Source: Takakia lepidozioides
Taxonomy: Eukaryota; Plantae; Bryophyta
Assembly (NCBI GenBank): GCA_030704615.1
Contig: CM060733.1
Location: 57,784,001-57,848,000 of the forward strand
Length of the DNA: 64,000 nt
Direction of reading: 5' to 3'
Part shown: positions 36,403 to 49,600 of the stretch, piece by piece
Numbering within the stretch: position 1 is the first letter of the stretch
Layout: each line of letters opens with the position of its first letter
The notes under the pieces: generated by a model
What the model saw: only the letters and a program-made list of their open reading frames with translations
Told to the model about the DNA's origin: nothing
Databases searched by the model: none
Program-made: the position numbers and the translations under genes

Positions 36403-37642
36403 TCATTGCTTGTTTGAAGGCGGGTCATGGTAGCCGTGGGTTGAGACCGAGGTTGAATTGCCTCAAGGACCTCCTGAGCTCACTCTTGAGCCAATTTTGG
36501 AGCCCGTTCCTGGCCATAATGTGCAGGTTGAGATGCACGATGATTGTTTTGGTGCAGGGTGTTCTTGATCAGGAAAGTAGAATTCAGCTTTTGGAGGTGG
36601 ATGAGATTGATCTTCAATCTCCCCATAGTCATTCCTTGCATTTGGAAGAGGTAGATGAATTCTTTGATTGCATGGGTGCACGCTAAAACATTGAATCTGG
36701 ATAAACAATGAGATTTTTGCAATAATAGCTTTGAGGAGTTTTCTAGTGCCACCCCGTACAACGATTAGTTAGGTTGGTGTGGAATAATCAGCCACATGCA
36801 GCATTATGTCCTCTAGCACCCAAAGGTGGGCCACAACAAAATTCCACAACACACTTGCACACCACACAAACCAAATTTTCTGTTAATTAGGATTCTTCAA
36901 GCTAATCCCCAGATGCAAACTTGACGAAAGGGTCATGTTGGAGGGTAGAGTTGTGCGTGGTTGTGCCTTTGCCAATCCTGTAGGAGTTTCTCACAATGGA
37001 GCTCCCACATATGAGATATTCATGCCCCTACATAACCTGGAACTGCCGGCGAATGGTGTAGCTCTGCCATGAGGCTGCCTTTGCATGTCTAATTGGTGCG
37101 AGAACGTCTTCCTTCATTTTAAGACCTTTTTTCCAATACTGCTGAGGCAAAGGGAGAAAAGTGTGAAATTGAAATTGAACCAACCACAACCCCACCACAG
37201 GATAACAACTACATGATAGAAAAAATTGGATATTTGAATTCTCAAAGTATTATAAGCTAACAGTACATTGAATACTCAGGACAGTATGATAGCTGTCTCG
37301 AATTGAACATGCAATTGGGAGCAATAAACCGATTGTTGAGTTTTCAAAATGGTTAGTCCAAATGGAAAGAGCACATGCCATTTATGAGAACAGAGGCCTA
37401 ATTAGTAGACCCCCACATTGAAGTGACAGTAAGACACTGCACAGACGTAAGATGAATGAAGCGGTGCACCAAAAACAGCTTTTAGCCAAAGAATGAGCTC
37501 TTGCCCCCAAGAGAATGCTCTTGGAGAAAACAGGGAATACTCTTACAAATGGGCTACAATTCGGTTCTCTGTATAACAAAATATATACCTATTTAACAAC
37601 ACCCAAAGGAAAGGCAACTGGCAACAAGCTAAACCAAAGGAA

Positions 37643-40600
37643 TCAAGCACCTGAGGCAGCATTATCCCAGAATTGGTGTCGAAACAACTTGACTATGCCA
37701 TCTCCACCACATGTGACAAATCCATCCCTCAGTGGTTGGACGTCCGTCACAGCAGCCTGCTGCAAACATGTGTAGTTAGCCATATTAATATCTCCGACTG
37801 TGGTGTTATCTCAACACAAAGTTGTTATTGCGTATTCCTGAAACTACCAGATTAACTGAGTCTTGGCAAAGTGCTAAGGGAAAGAGACACTAACTTTGTG
37901 AGAGGCTCACTCCAGTAGTAAGACTTACCTGATATAAACAATTAGGTGTAATTTCCAGATTTCCTCTAGAAAGTCCTTCACACAAGCATCAATCTACTGT
38001 GTGTGAGCTGCCCAGCAATTAGACCCCAATTGGACCAGGGCTTTAGACTCAGACTCAAGATTTTGAAACTTGATGAACAGAGGTGCAGGGACTGTGTTCT
38101 TGATGGTCTTGAACAGGGTCACCGTAATACCCTGGACATTGTATCAGAAAATGGATATTGTCTTCAGCCATCTGCACATCGGCCATTGACAATCTCCTCT
38201 CTCATCTGTTTATTATTCAAAGGTAGACTCCCGGCCCTGAGTTTGAATTCAGTCTAGTAGGCCCTTGAGATGATGCTTAGGTCCTCACCCATGTTACAAA
38301 CTGGACACAAGTTCAGGTAAGTTTTATGCCTAATTTGATTTGTTCAGACATTCTTCCTACTTCCGACGTGGCCATAGACACTTCAGCCTCCAAGTCAGCT
38401 TAATCTAGCAGGGTCAGTTCTTCCTGCAAAAATTCAGGTACTAGAAAATCTACTATACCCTTTTCCGCCAGGACTTGCTTGTTTAACAGGATGGTATTGC
38501 TTCCAAGAGGTAGAGTCGATCATCATAGGTTATCTGGTATCAGGCATTGGATTCAACTGACCCACTCTCTGACCTTGACTCGTCATGTAGAGAGCTCAAG
38601 GACGGTATGCCAACTCACCCCAAACAGCCACGTTAGCTGTTCTAGGGCAGGCTGACATGCTCTCTTTGAGCACTGAAAGATGGAAAGCACTGAAGTATTC
38701 TCAATTTTTGGCATGGTTGGAGTGGCCAGCCCACATGGCACATGCGTACTCCAGGGTAGGCCTAATAATGTTGCAAAGCAAGGTTCATTTAAGCATTAAT
38801 CCCTTTGCGGTGGAAAAGTTGAGTGAGACCTACAGCTTTGCATTTGCTATTCAAACCACTTTTTGTATATGCACATCCAAGTTAGAACTTGAGGAAAACT
38901 AAAAAACCAAGATATGAGTAGGAAGGGAGCGATCTGTTCACTGCCCCCTGTTCATTTGAGATCCCTCCTCTTTACTAGGTGATTCCAGGCATCCACATTC
39001 CTTTGACATGGTTTGTTAACCATCTGTTGCTCTAACAATTGCAGCTCTAACTGCTGCAAACCCTTACTTTAGTACGACAAATCAACAAGAAAGGGAGAAG
39101 ACAGAGAGAAGATGGCCTGCCTGCACCACAGCACCAAATCCACGGGAGTTGTGCTGGAGAAACGTGTGGCGATCGTGTACTCTTTGCCAGTGTCCTGCCA
39201 TTGAACTTGTGCTTACATCCCATAATTTTACATCACCATCCTTACTGCCTGTAAAGAAATATGATGTGTCTGGCACCGCTGTTATTCGTGTAATGCTTCC
39301 TGCACACAAGCCAGTCCTTGAGAGACCGCAAAAGATGAAATGGTACTTTATACTGTCCGAAGGAGCTCAAAGAGCTTTAGGACAATAGGAAGAAAGAAAC
39401 AAGAAACAGGAAAGAGAGAGGGGCCACAAACAGCCCAACAACAACTAAAGCTCAATTGATTGTCTAAGAAAGAAAGAAAGAAGCTTTGTAATGTCAATCT
39501 ACCTTGGCACAGGAGTCATCTACCTCGGCACAGTGTGACACGTTGGATGAGGAAAATATAGCCCCACTGCAGACTCTTGCTATGACAATAATGCCCGTCA
39601 CTCTAAAGACCAGCGGGAGAAATGAAATGAAATGAAATGGTACTTTAAAACGTCCGCGGAAAGCTCATAGAGCTTATGGGACAAAATGGAAACATGAGAG
39701 AGGAACAAGTCCAGAAACCACAATTAATGTTCGAGCGAATGTCGAAGGGTGAAGGCCTCGTGCAGGTAGGCTGCCAAGCATTTTTGATCCTCATAGTGGA
39801 AGACATCAGTGAGAGTTTGGGTTCCACTGAATAAACAGTGGAATCTCCCACGGATCTCGTAGTATAGAGGGCAGTAGAAGAAGAAGTGTTCTTCAGTTTC
39901 GATTTCCTGGCTGCGCCCTATGCAAGCTGGACATAGGCGGTCCTCCCGTTGCAGGTTTTCCCATCTGCCAGTCTCTATCCGTAGGTTGTGGGAACCCACC
40001 CTGAACCGCCCCAATGCCCTCAGGAGGGAAGAAGATAAGGATGCTGAAAGGTAATTTGGTCTCAAGATTCTATTGTCGCGGAGCACCAACAATGTCTCTC
40101 GATAGAAGTGGAGCTTTGTTGTGAGATTGGGTAGCTTCCAAGTTCTCTGGACATGTAATTCCATAAGCTCTCTCCTAAGAAAGAAAGAAAAACATCTGCG
40201 GGAGGCGCGAAGCTTCTAAGGGACACAAGAAGAATAACATGGAGTACAAATAATAGAACCAGAGACTGAGTGTCACACCAAGGCAGACTGCCTCAGCAGG
40301 TAAGTTGCTAAGCACTAGGAGCCAGAGAAAGTACTCATAAGATTTGTTTGCCGTAGTTAGGAGCCAGAGAAGGAGAGGGAGGTGACGACATACAGCCATA
40401 AAACAAAGAGCCACAGCAAAAGAAGAACCTGAGGTGACCAAAAAGGAACAACATACTGACCAGTGTGAGCCTTTGGAATAGACCAAAGCATGCCACCAGT
40501 AGCTACCTCACCAGTCGGAACGTTGCCCTCTGGCCTTCCAGAACCCAACAAGCCTTGTTGGGCACCAGATGACAGGGATGCCTGCTGCTCCCCTTCTCTG

Positions 40601-43600
40601 GAGCCAGCCTTAGCTCGTCTGGCTTTGTTCATTGCAATGTAACGGAAGTCGTGGACAGCAATGTCACCATCTTTGCCTCCAGTAACTATCCAAGGTGAGC
40701 TTGGCCCCCCTCCTAACCCAACATCTAGCACACCAAGACAACGTGCACCCCCTGCAACAAGCACATATACAATATACTGGATTACATGCAATTGGAGGTC
40801 ATTCACAGGCAGCTGATGATTTCATGTGTGAGAACTGTAAGAGAAAAGGAGCTCAAAACTCCTCATCATGGCCCACCCTTCTTTATGTCATGTGATGTAA
40901 TACTCCAACTGAAACAAGTTGATGGGGGTAAAGATCTAGAAGGAGCAGTGCACACCTTCATGACAGGTAACTGATGCCCGTGATGAATGGGGTGGTGCCA
41001 ACGTGTCCCACAGCACCAAATTATCCCCAGTTGGAGACATGCCTGTGGCCACAATAATACCCCCACTTCCTCCTGCAAATGCTGCATCTCTGCCACCATG
41101 GCCACAAGCAGTAATATAGACACAATTTATGACAGAGAGTAGTCATCAGGACTGTCAATAATGTGGATTTGCAGCCTATTATGAACAGAAACTCAAGAGA
41201 AAAACCTTTCTGGTTAATGCATGGCAGATCCAATACTACTCTCTATGACAAGTGATTGGCAAATCAGGAGTTGGGTGGGTTGGGAACATACGAGGCATGG
41301 TTGCCGAAACAAAGACGAGATTCAGTGGGACGAACATTACTGTGCCCTCCAACCTCAAGCTGCCATGTACACACAGTACCATCCAATGCTGCAGTGACAA
41401 AGCGATGTCCACACCAATCAAATCGAACTGAAGAAATGGAGGCCAGTACATATGGCGGTGGAACATTGGCAGCTGGGAGCACCCCGTATGTTGCCATTGC
41501 AGAGGGCCTTCCAAACTGCCATGATTGAAGTACACATCACATTGTCAGTCACATTGAGTGCTTATCAGTTGTGTAACCATATAAGCAACATCTAAATTAA
41601 CAAAAAAGAATACTGACACAGGAATACACACTTTCCTATTTTCTTAAAATCAGAAAATACCAAGAACAAACGAGAATTGCCAAAGCATGAGCCCCTAACT
41701 CTTGTGAAACACTTTTTTCATTCCTGAGGACCCAACCAAATGACTTCACGCACTAGCATTCCCAGGGTGAACTTCTTGATGACCAGAGACAGACCAAGAA
41801 GCTCCACGACAAGCTCCCTCATACTCCATGACACCCCACCAGGTGGACTGAATGAAGTCCACTCAGGAGAAAGACAAAGTGAGAAAGGTATATACTGACC
41901 TGCCAGAGGTAAACATGCGTGTTGTTTGACCCTACTAAGAAGAGGGGTCGGAGTGGATGCCCTGCCAGGGCCTTTGTGCTCACATTCTCAACAGTGGCCA
42001 GCGGATCTGCATAGCCCTCCACATCTTCCCAGTCTTCCCACCCTAGGCCCCATGCGCCCATACCTCCATAGCCAGGCATCCCAAAGGTGAGTCCGCCCTG
42101 CCCAATCTCCTTCACTCCCTTTGGGAGTGCACCAGAGCCTACCGCTGCACCACCCAAACCAATGCCAGAGCCTCTTCTGCCCCCCAAACCTACACCTGGA
42201 CCGACCAGTGTTGGCACGGGTGTAGATATTGCGCCTGCCCACCCATTTCTAGGCCAGTCCACTTGTGCCCAGAGATTGTCAACTGTCTCTGTGTACGTTC
42301 CTTGCGTACTCAGGTCCAGATACAACAACCCCTGTGGAGATGCACACTGAAGTTGAGAAGTTGAATAATAACTTGTATTTGATGGGATAACTAGTACAGA
42401 GTTGGAACCCATGTACATGCAACACTTTCAAGCACCTAGATGGGGCAAGGATACAGGTATAGCATCCTCACAATGCCCTACCTGTTCCTCATAATGGTCA
42501 ATTTGGCCTAGGCCTCTGCAGGCCAGCCAAAAGAGCTGTCTAACATCCCCAGCTGAGAAGGGGTGTGTCCTCCAGTCAAAAACAGTCCTCCCCAGCCCAG
42601 CAACTACGGCTAGAACTTCCTAGCTAGTGAATGACAATTTATCTAACCTACATGACTTCTGTCCACCCCAGGAGGGCCAGGAGTATTGAAGAAACACTCG
42701 ACTGCAATAGCTGCATCATGTAGTAATACCTCAATGATCAGACCAAATGAAAAGAATGTGAATTGGCAAAAAGTGGAGTTTTCACCTTCCGGTTGCTGGC
42801 AAGAACGATCTGCTCTGAGTTACAAGAGTTTACACAGAGTGCCTGTCACAGCCCACCAAGTGGTCCATCAACCACCGCCCTGGTAGGTCTTACCAGCCTG
42901 GTCACATGTAAAATGCATATGTAGATACACAATAGTAAGGCCCCCTTGCTTGACAGCATATCTTCAGACACACAGACACTGCTCTGCTGCTGAGCAGTTA
43001 AAAGGGGCATTTTCTAACTTCTCAGCTACTCTTCCCACTTAACTAACGTGAAACTCCTGAGACAACATGGAATTGTCCCTCTTGTTACCTCTCTTGCCTG
43101 TTCTCATGCCCTGCATTCCCTCACCAAGCATTACAATATGATGCTGCTGTTTGCACCAATAAGCAGTGAGACTACCTCAAAGAGCTCTCCACTTAGATGA
43201 AGAACTTCTGCAGGCCTCTGGAACCTCGGTGCAAACCACTCCACACCTTGAACCCCACCTTGAAACTTAGCATTCCCAGGCGTGACCAGTGGTTGACCCT
43301 TAACCAAAATCCCTTTTGTTCTGCCAGTAGGAGGTTTAAGACTGGCAGAAGTATCCCTTGCAGCCGGCCAGCTGCTACTGGAGGCACGATCATGTTCCCC
43401 AACCCGGGTGCCTAACACATGAGGCCCAGTCACCCTCCACCCACTGACATCCATTTTTGCTGCCCTGGCTTGGGGTCCACTTATGCCTTCCAACTCAAGA
43501 GCTGACCGAACTTGTTCACGCACAACTAGTTGCGTCCATAGCACCTTGCAAGCATCATCTTCTGTGTCAACATGTGCAACTGGAAAAAGAATTAGTTCTT

Positions 43601-46600
43601 GCTGGGAGGCTCTCTCACTGCCACTACTTTCAGGCCTTCCCTTAGATGTGCCAAAATTGTAGCTGTCTGTTGTGGACCCCTGTAACCTGCCCCAAAGCCA
43701 GTCTGTGAGAGGACTGCTTTTGGTCTTCCCTTCCAGCATTTGTTGCACATGAGATGCAAGCTGCTGGCGTAGGCCCATGGCAATGCATGCTACCAAGCTA
43801 GGTAATACCATATCAAAATCATCCAAGGTGAGTGGAGTAGATCGAGAATTCAATCCAGTAATTGGGTTCTCACCATCAGTAACAATGTGGGCTTCATGCT
43901 GATTAGTGGGGAGGGAGCTGGATCTATTCAGATGTTGAGTACTATCTCTCATTTCACTCTTGAATTCACACCATGTAGATGAGACAGGTGAGTGAGACTG
44001 CAGATTAAGGCCCAGAAATGTGGAACCTTTGTGTGAAGGGGAAAGAGGTGGTGCACAGGCTGAGAGGGATGGCAAAGGTGACTTTCTTGGGCTTTTCAGA
44101 GGGGACTGGGGATGTGAAACCCAACCAAAACTGCTGTATGAGACTTGGTTGCTAGTCCCAGTCAACTGCCTTCGCACATACGAGAGGAGGTGTGCCCAGA
44201 GAGTGACCCCCAACACTTGCCACGCATCATCCTCCGGTAAGATCTCTACTGAAGCATCACCCGAGCTCGCTGTGGATAATTGTGCATTCCTTTCCAGCAA
44301 AACTTGCTGCCCTAGGCCCTCTCCATGGCACATGTCTTGAAACCATGCTAGTACATCAACATTTGAGGGGGCCACCTCAGGGGAAGTTGATGGGTTGCTA
44401 ATAGTAGGACCGACTAATACAAGGAGGGCTTTTGTCTGCCGTCCCAGCCAAGCAGCAGCTACATAAAAGAGAAAGGCTAATAGGACCATAGCCTTCTCGG
44501 TTTTTCCCCTGCTATCATCTTTGACCAGAAGTGACGAAGCCTCCCCATCATTCCTCTTATCCTTGAGAGAAGGCTCCTCATAAGTCGCAGTAGCCAATAG
44601 CTGAATCTCCCCAGCGTAACGTACAAGCTCTTGAAGTTGCTCCCGAGGAAAAGTTCCAACACCCGCCAGTGACTTGACCCTTGAGCTGATGCCCAGTCTG
44701 TCAATGCCAAATGCAGCATTCTCAACTGCAGCTTGCAATGAGTACGATCTCGTCACTACTGGCACCACCACTCCACCACATGCCAGGATTACCCGAGGAA
44801 GAACCCAGTGTGCTTCTCTCCACAGTGTCTCAACAACTTGGGTCACCCTCAGAGACACCTCTAGCTTGGTTGCCAGACGAAATCCCTCTGCAGGAGCCTT
44901 GGTATGCGCATACTGTGCATCAACAAGACGGCAGAGGAGGTACAGTCGGTGGTGATTGCGCGCCAGAGCTATCAGCTGGTCACATCACATCAACATCACC
45001 ATACATATAGTGAGGAACCATTGAGCGACTTGTTGTCTGAGTATTGCCTAAGCGTACGTTTGAATACAGGATTAAACCAAATGAGTCATCGAGGTTGTCC
45101 TCGTGAGGGGGAGCACTAGAGCTTCCGGGACAACACACTTGCTGAACTAACTGGTTATGAGAATTACACCACTCAACATATGGAGAATTAGGACAGTTAT
45201 CAATGTAAAGAACTTCAAGTGGGCATGCAAATATTTGTTACATCAAAACAGACTGACCAAGAGACTCTTTCATTGGCTGCATACCACTTCCAGAACTCCT
45301 GAGTAGATGATATCAACTTGGAGGGGAAATCAACATACCTATATCAAGGGCCCCATCAGCCATATGACAAGTCTCAACATCTATTGAACATCATGCACAA
45401 GAGAAGCCCGAGGCCAAATAATTATCCTGTGTTCAGGGAACCTTACCGCAGAAGCAATTTCACCAACATGCAGTAAAAAACAATTCTCCATGATCTTCAA
45501 CCCTTCATTGAATGTCTCGTCTGTCTCCTCCAAATCCTTAGAACCTATGTCACTCATGCCCATGCTCTCGGGACCACCATCTTCCGCTTTAACCAGCCCT
45601 TCTGCCTGGCCATTCCTACTAGAATCCGAAGTCTGTAAGGTCTTCAGACGCTCTCTTGCCTTCCTCCACTGTGGGTGCTCCTGCAACAGCAGTGACATGC
45701 ACTGCAGAGCTAGATCCACTCTTACAGCCTCCCTGACCCTGAGAGCCACATCAGGGGAGACCCAGTTGGGTGAAACTCCCAGAGCACCCTCGAGATTTAA
45801 CCCATTTGTGTTGACAGCTGCATTGGTTTCAAACAAACCTCCCTTGTCATGGCCATTCCCACTTCCCAGACTTGAAGGAGGCCCCCCATCACTGGCGATC
45901 ATCTGCTCCAATGCTTGCAACTAGGCTCCCACAGACAGACCTCTTCAATATTAGATGTAGGTCCATATTGCTTGACACAAAGCTTTGACATTTATACGTG
46001 TATCTACAAACTGACCTTTCAAATGCATGTGGCATCATCATAAGCCTGGATACCCTGCCAACCTTTGTGTCATAAACAGAACATTGCCTTATCTGCCATT
46101 TGCTGTAAACATTGGACATATGATAACTTGAGAGTGACACAAACAACAATCCGGTTGAAGGAATTTAAGGTTACTTTTTTGGCTGGGTTTGCCATGATAC
46201 TAGAAGCATTAGGTTGATTCCAAAACTGCCCTCTAGCCTGGTCACACTTGGAGAAGAGTATCCACCCCATAAAGAAAGAGTTTTTATGGTAAATGCAGAA
46301 TCTGTTTGTAAGGAGGGGTAGTGTGGAAATTATGTCATAGAGCCAAACACAGTCTAGCCCCATGGAGTGATGTATTGGGTTCCTTCTCTCCTATTTGAAC
46401 CTTTCCAATCAGGACAGAAGCTCCACACCTAGAGTCTGAATAAGGGCCACTGTGTAAGGGTTGAGATTGAGTCCACAACAACTGATCGTACAAAATGTGA
46501 TAGTTAACTGCAGGGATTTTACTTTGCAAAACTGCAAGTGCTAATTCCAAGGGCTCTACAATGCATAATCGCGATCAAAGAAGACAGAATTCTTTTCTAC

Positions 46601-49600
46601 CTTTCCAAAAGATTAGAGCAAGCTATGACGTGAGTCCCATGACGTGTGAGTCCCATGAGTCCCTTAGGGGCTCTGCTTTACACTTGCTCTGTCCCTACCT
46701 TTTTGACAAAAAACTGAGTACCTTTAGATTGTACTCATAAGACGTTGTTTGCCGTAGCCTTGTGGCCATTGACCCCGCGCCCAGTTTGAGCGGGAACAAA
46801 AGGGACAGAACCTACCTCTGTCAGGGGCTGACGTTGGTAGTAAGACTTACCTCCATATATAGAATTAATCCGGGTTTTCCAGATATCCTCTAGAAATCCC
46901 TTCACACAAGCATCAATCTGCTGTGTGTGATTTGCCCAAAAACTAGGCCTCAGGAGGGCCTGGGCTTTTGGCTCAGCCTCGAGACTTTCAAAGTTGGTAA
47001 ACAGGGGTACAGGCACAATTCCCTTGATAGAGTTGAAGAGAGCGTCTCTTTGGTGAGAGAACCCCGGACAGTGTATCAGAAAATGAATACTGTCTTCAGA
47101 TTGCCCACACAACGGGCAATTGCACTCTCCCTTTCCTCTCTGCTTCTGTTTGCTGTTCAAAGGTAGGCTTCCTGCCCTGAGTTTAAATTTCAGTCTAGTG
47201 CCGAGAGTGGGTAGACCCTTGAGGTCATCCAAGATGTCCTCCCCCATGTCACAGACTGGAAACAAGTTCAGGGAAGTTTTCTGCCTAACTTCATTTTCAT
47301 CAGACAATCTCATGGCAACAGACATGGCTGAGGACACTACAGCCTCTAAGTCAGATTTATCCAGCAGGGTCAAGACTTACGGATCCAGGTCCAGGTCCTT
47401 GAGGACCTTTAGAGTCAGACTGAGTGAGCCCCCTAACAATCCATCACAAGACACCCTGTACCCCTGCCACCAAATTGAAGATATGAAACGTTTGAGCACA
47501 AAACTTACAGGAAGACCAACTCTCATGAGTGCTGAAGCAGCTTGCATAGAGGCCCGTTTGACAATGGCTGAAGTCTCTGCCTTATGCTTGTCTCCCCACA
47601 AGCGGGGCTTAGAAGCCAGCATCGCACAGTAGTCCCCTACGTCAGGATTTAAGCAAACAAAGCCACTGCTTTCCCTGGATAGAACTGAAACTGTTTTCCC
47701 CAGCTGTGATACACCAGTGGGCCCAGCTAGTACTGTCGGCTGGGGCCCTGACATCAATTCTTGCATGGTCTCAATACCCCCACCCAGCAGCCACTGCACA
47801 CAAATCATGGGCTGGACTTTAATCCCAGCTATGAAAGCACTCAACAACTTTCCAAAATACAACCATGAGCTCGCTACAAGAGTACTTGTTGATAGAAGTA
47901 AAAATTCAAGCACATACATCTGCTGCAGGTTTTGTTGTCTTCAGATTCTGGGAGTGACTAATCGTCATCAGACCACCCCAATCACAACCGGGCCAATATT
48001 GCATCAGTCACTTAGCTTTTGACAACCTCTTAGATGAAATCCATTAGAAATTACACTGACTGTATACCTGAAGGAGACTGGTGAGCCAAGAGTCACCTGC
48101 CTCCCGTGCAGCAGGGAGCACATGTTTGGTGATGAGGTTCCTTCCGATTGGACCATTAGAGCCCTCAATGAGGCGGCAAAGCACAAGCCCAAGTTGTGGG
48201 TCACCAAGATTTTTGGCACAGACTGAAACTGCTGAATCAACTTCCCCTCCTAAAATGAAGAAAGCTGCTGCCAATTCGTGGCGATGCTTCCCCATTAGAA
48301 CATATGCATTCTTCAGCGCAGCTGCTTGATGCCTCTCCTCCTATCCACATGTAACCCATCACAAACTCAGAAGCATATTGATACAGACTACTACCTTCAT
48401 TTCCAAACGAACACCAATTTCTTCAGCATTTACAAGAGGAGGCTTGATCTTTATCCCAGAGGAAAGGCTGCTAGGATAGGAGCAGGTGTCTTTCACCCTC
48501 AGACATATGCCAGAGTAATGGATCTGAACTTGACAATGACATGGACCTTAGAAAACAAGCGCAACTTGTTGTTTGCTAGAAAACAACCACTTGTGAACCA
48601 AGGGCATTGCTGTCAGACTTGCCATCAAAGTCTCAATCCAGTAGCACAGAAGATAGGAGATACCCCACCCGAAAATCCCGAGCTAGGAAGTCAACGAGGG
48701 GCTTGTCACGTTCGTCTTTGCTGAGTTTAAGAAGACCCGCCAATACAGTCCGCCGTTCTAGTGCGACGTATAGCAATGCACTCTCCTTGGCGTCCTTGTT
48801 CACCATGTACTGTGTCCGTGCAACTTTCTCTATCTGCATGCCAAAATGACCAACTGTTCAAGATCCTTCAACAAACACATTTCTTCCAGCCAGGTTTAAG
48901 ATACAAGATTAGGTGAAATCAACGATATTGGCATTAAGGAAAACATTATTTGAGATGACTGGCAGCTTACAAAGTCCTGCATCAAACAATGTGATCACCC
49001 CTATAGGACCAGGTCTGTCTCATTATTTGCTTTACCATTTATTAAAAATTTCAGTTCACTCCATTTGCAGTTATCTCCTGAATTGCTCACCAATTGTCTC
49101 AAGGCACATTCTGCACTGAAGGTCAGCACAGAAGTATTTCTACCATTCCAACTGGCACGCAAAATGGTAGGCAAATTTGTCTCTCGTTTCCAAATGCATC
49201 AGGCAAGTATGTATCTGGTGCCTTGATTTCCTACCAGCTATGGATACCAGTATTAACTTTCATACAAGTAAACCAGAGCACAGAAGCAGAGTCAGGGCTC
49301 CACTTTCCGCCCATATCTGTGTCTTTGTCCTTCAATCACACTAGTATCAAACAAATCTGATGAATTCTGGCCATGAGAGACTTCACCATATTCTAAGCAG
49401 CCGAAGCCTGGCTGTGCAGACCATATGTTGGTGCAGTTCTGGGTACAGCACGGAAAGCCTATCCTAATATACCATTCAGAACCCACACTCCTATATGGAG
49501 TAGCAGCAATATTTACACCAAAACAGATAAAGGGCTATCTTACTCTTCTCCGAAGCACAGTAGCATCAGTAAGCCAAAAGCCTACACCCAATGTCCTAAG

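Noticed and set aside
36420-37145. Minus-strand paralogue of the zinc-finger ORF (shared W-x10-W spacing)
   Set aside because: The similarity is too weak and is broken by stops and frameshifts.
47120-47632. 170-aa plus-strand ORF
   Set aside because: Antisense to a LINE fragment and a DMXL exon.
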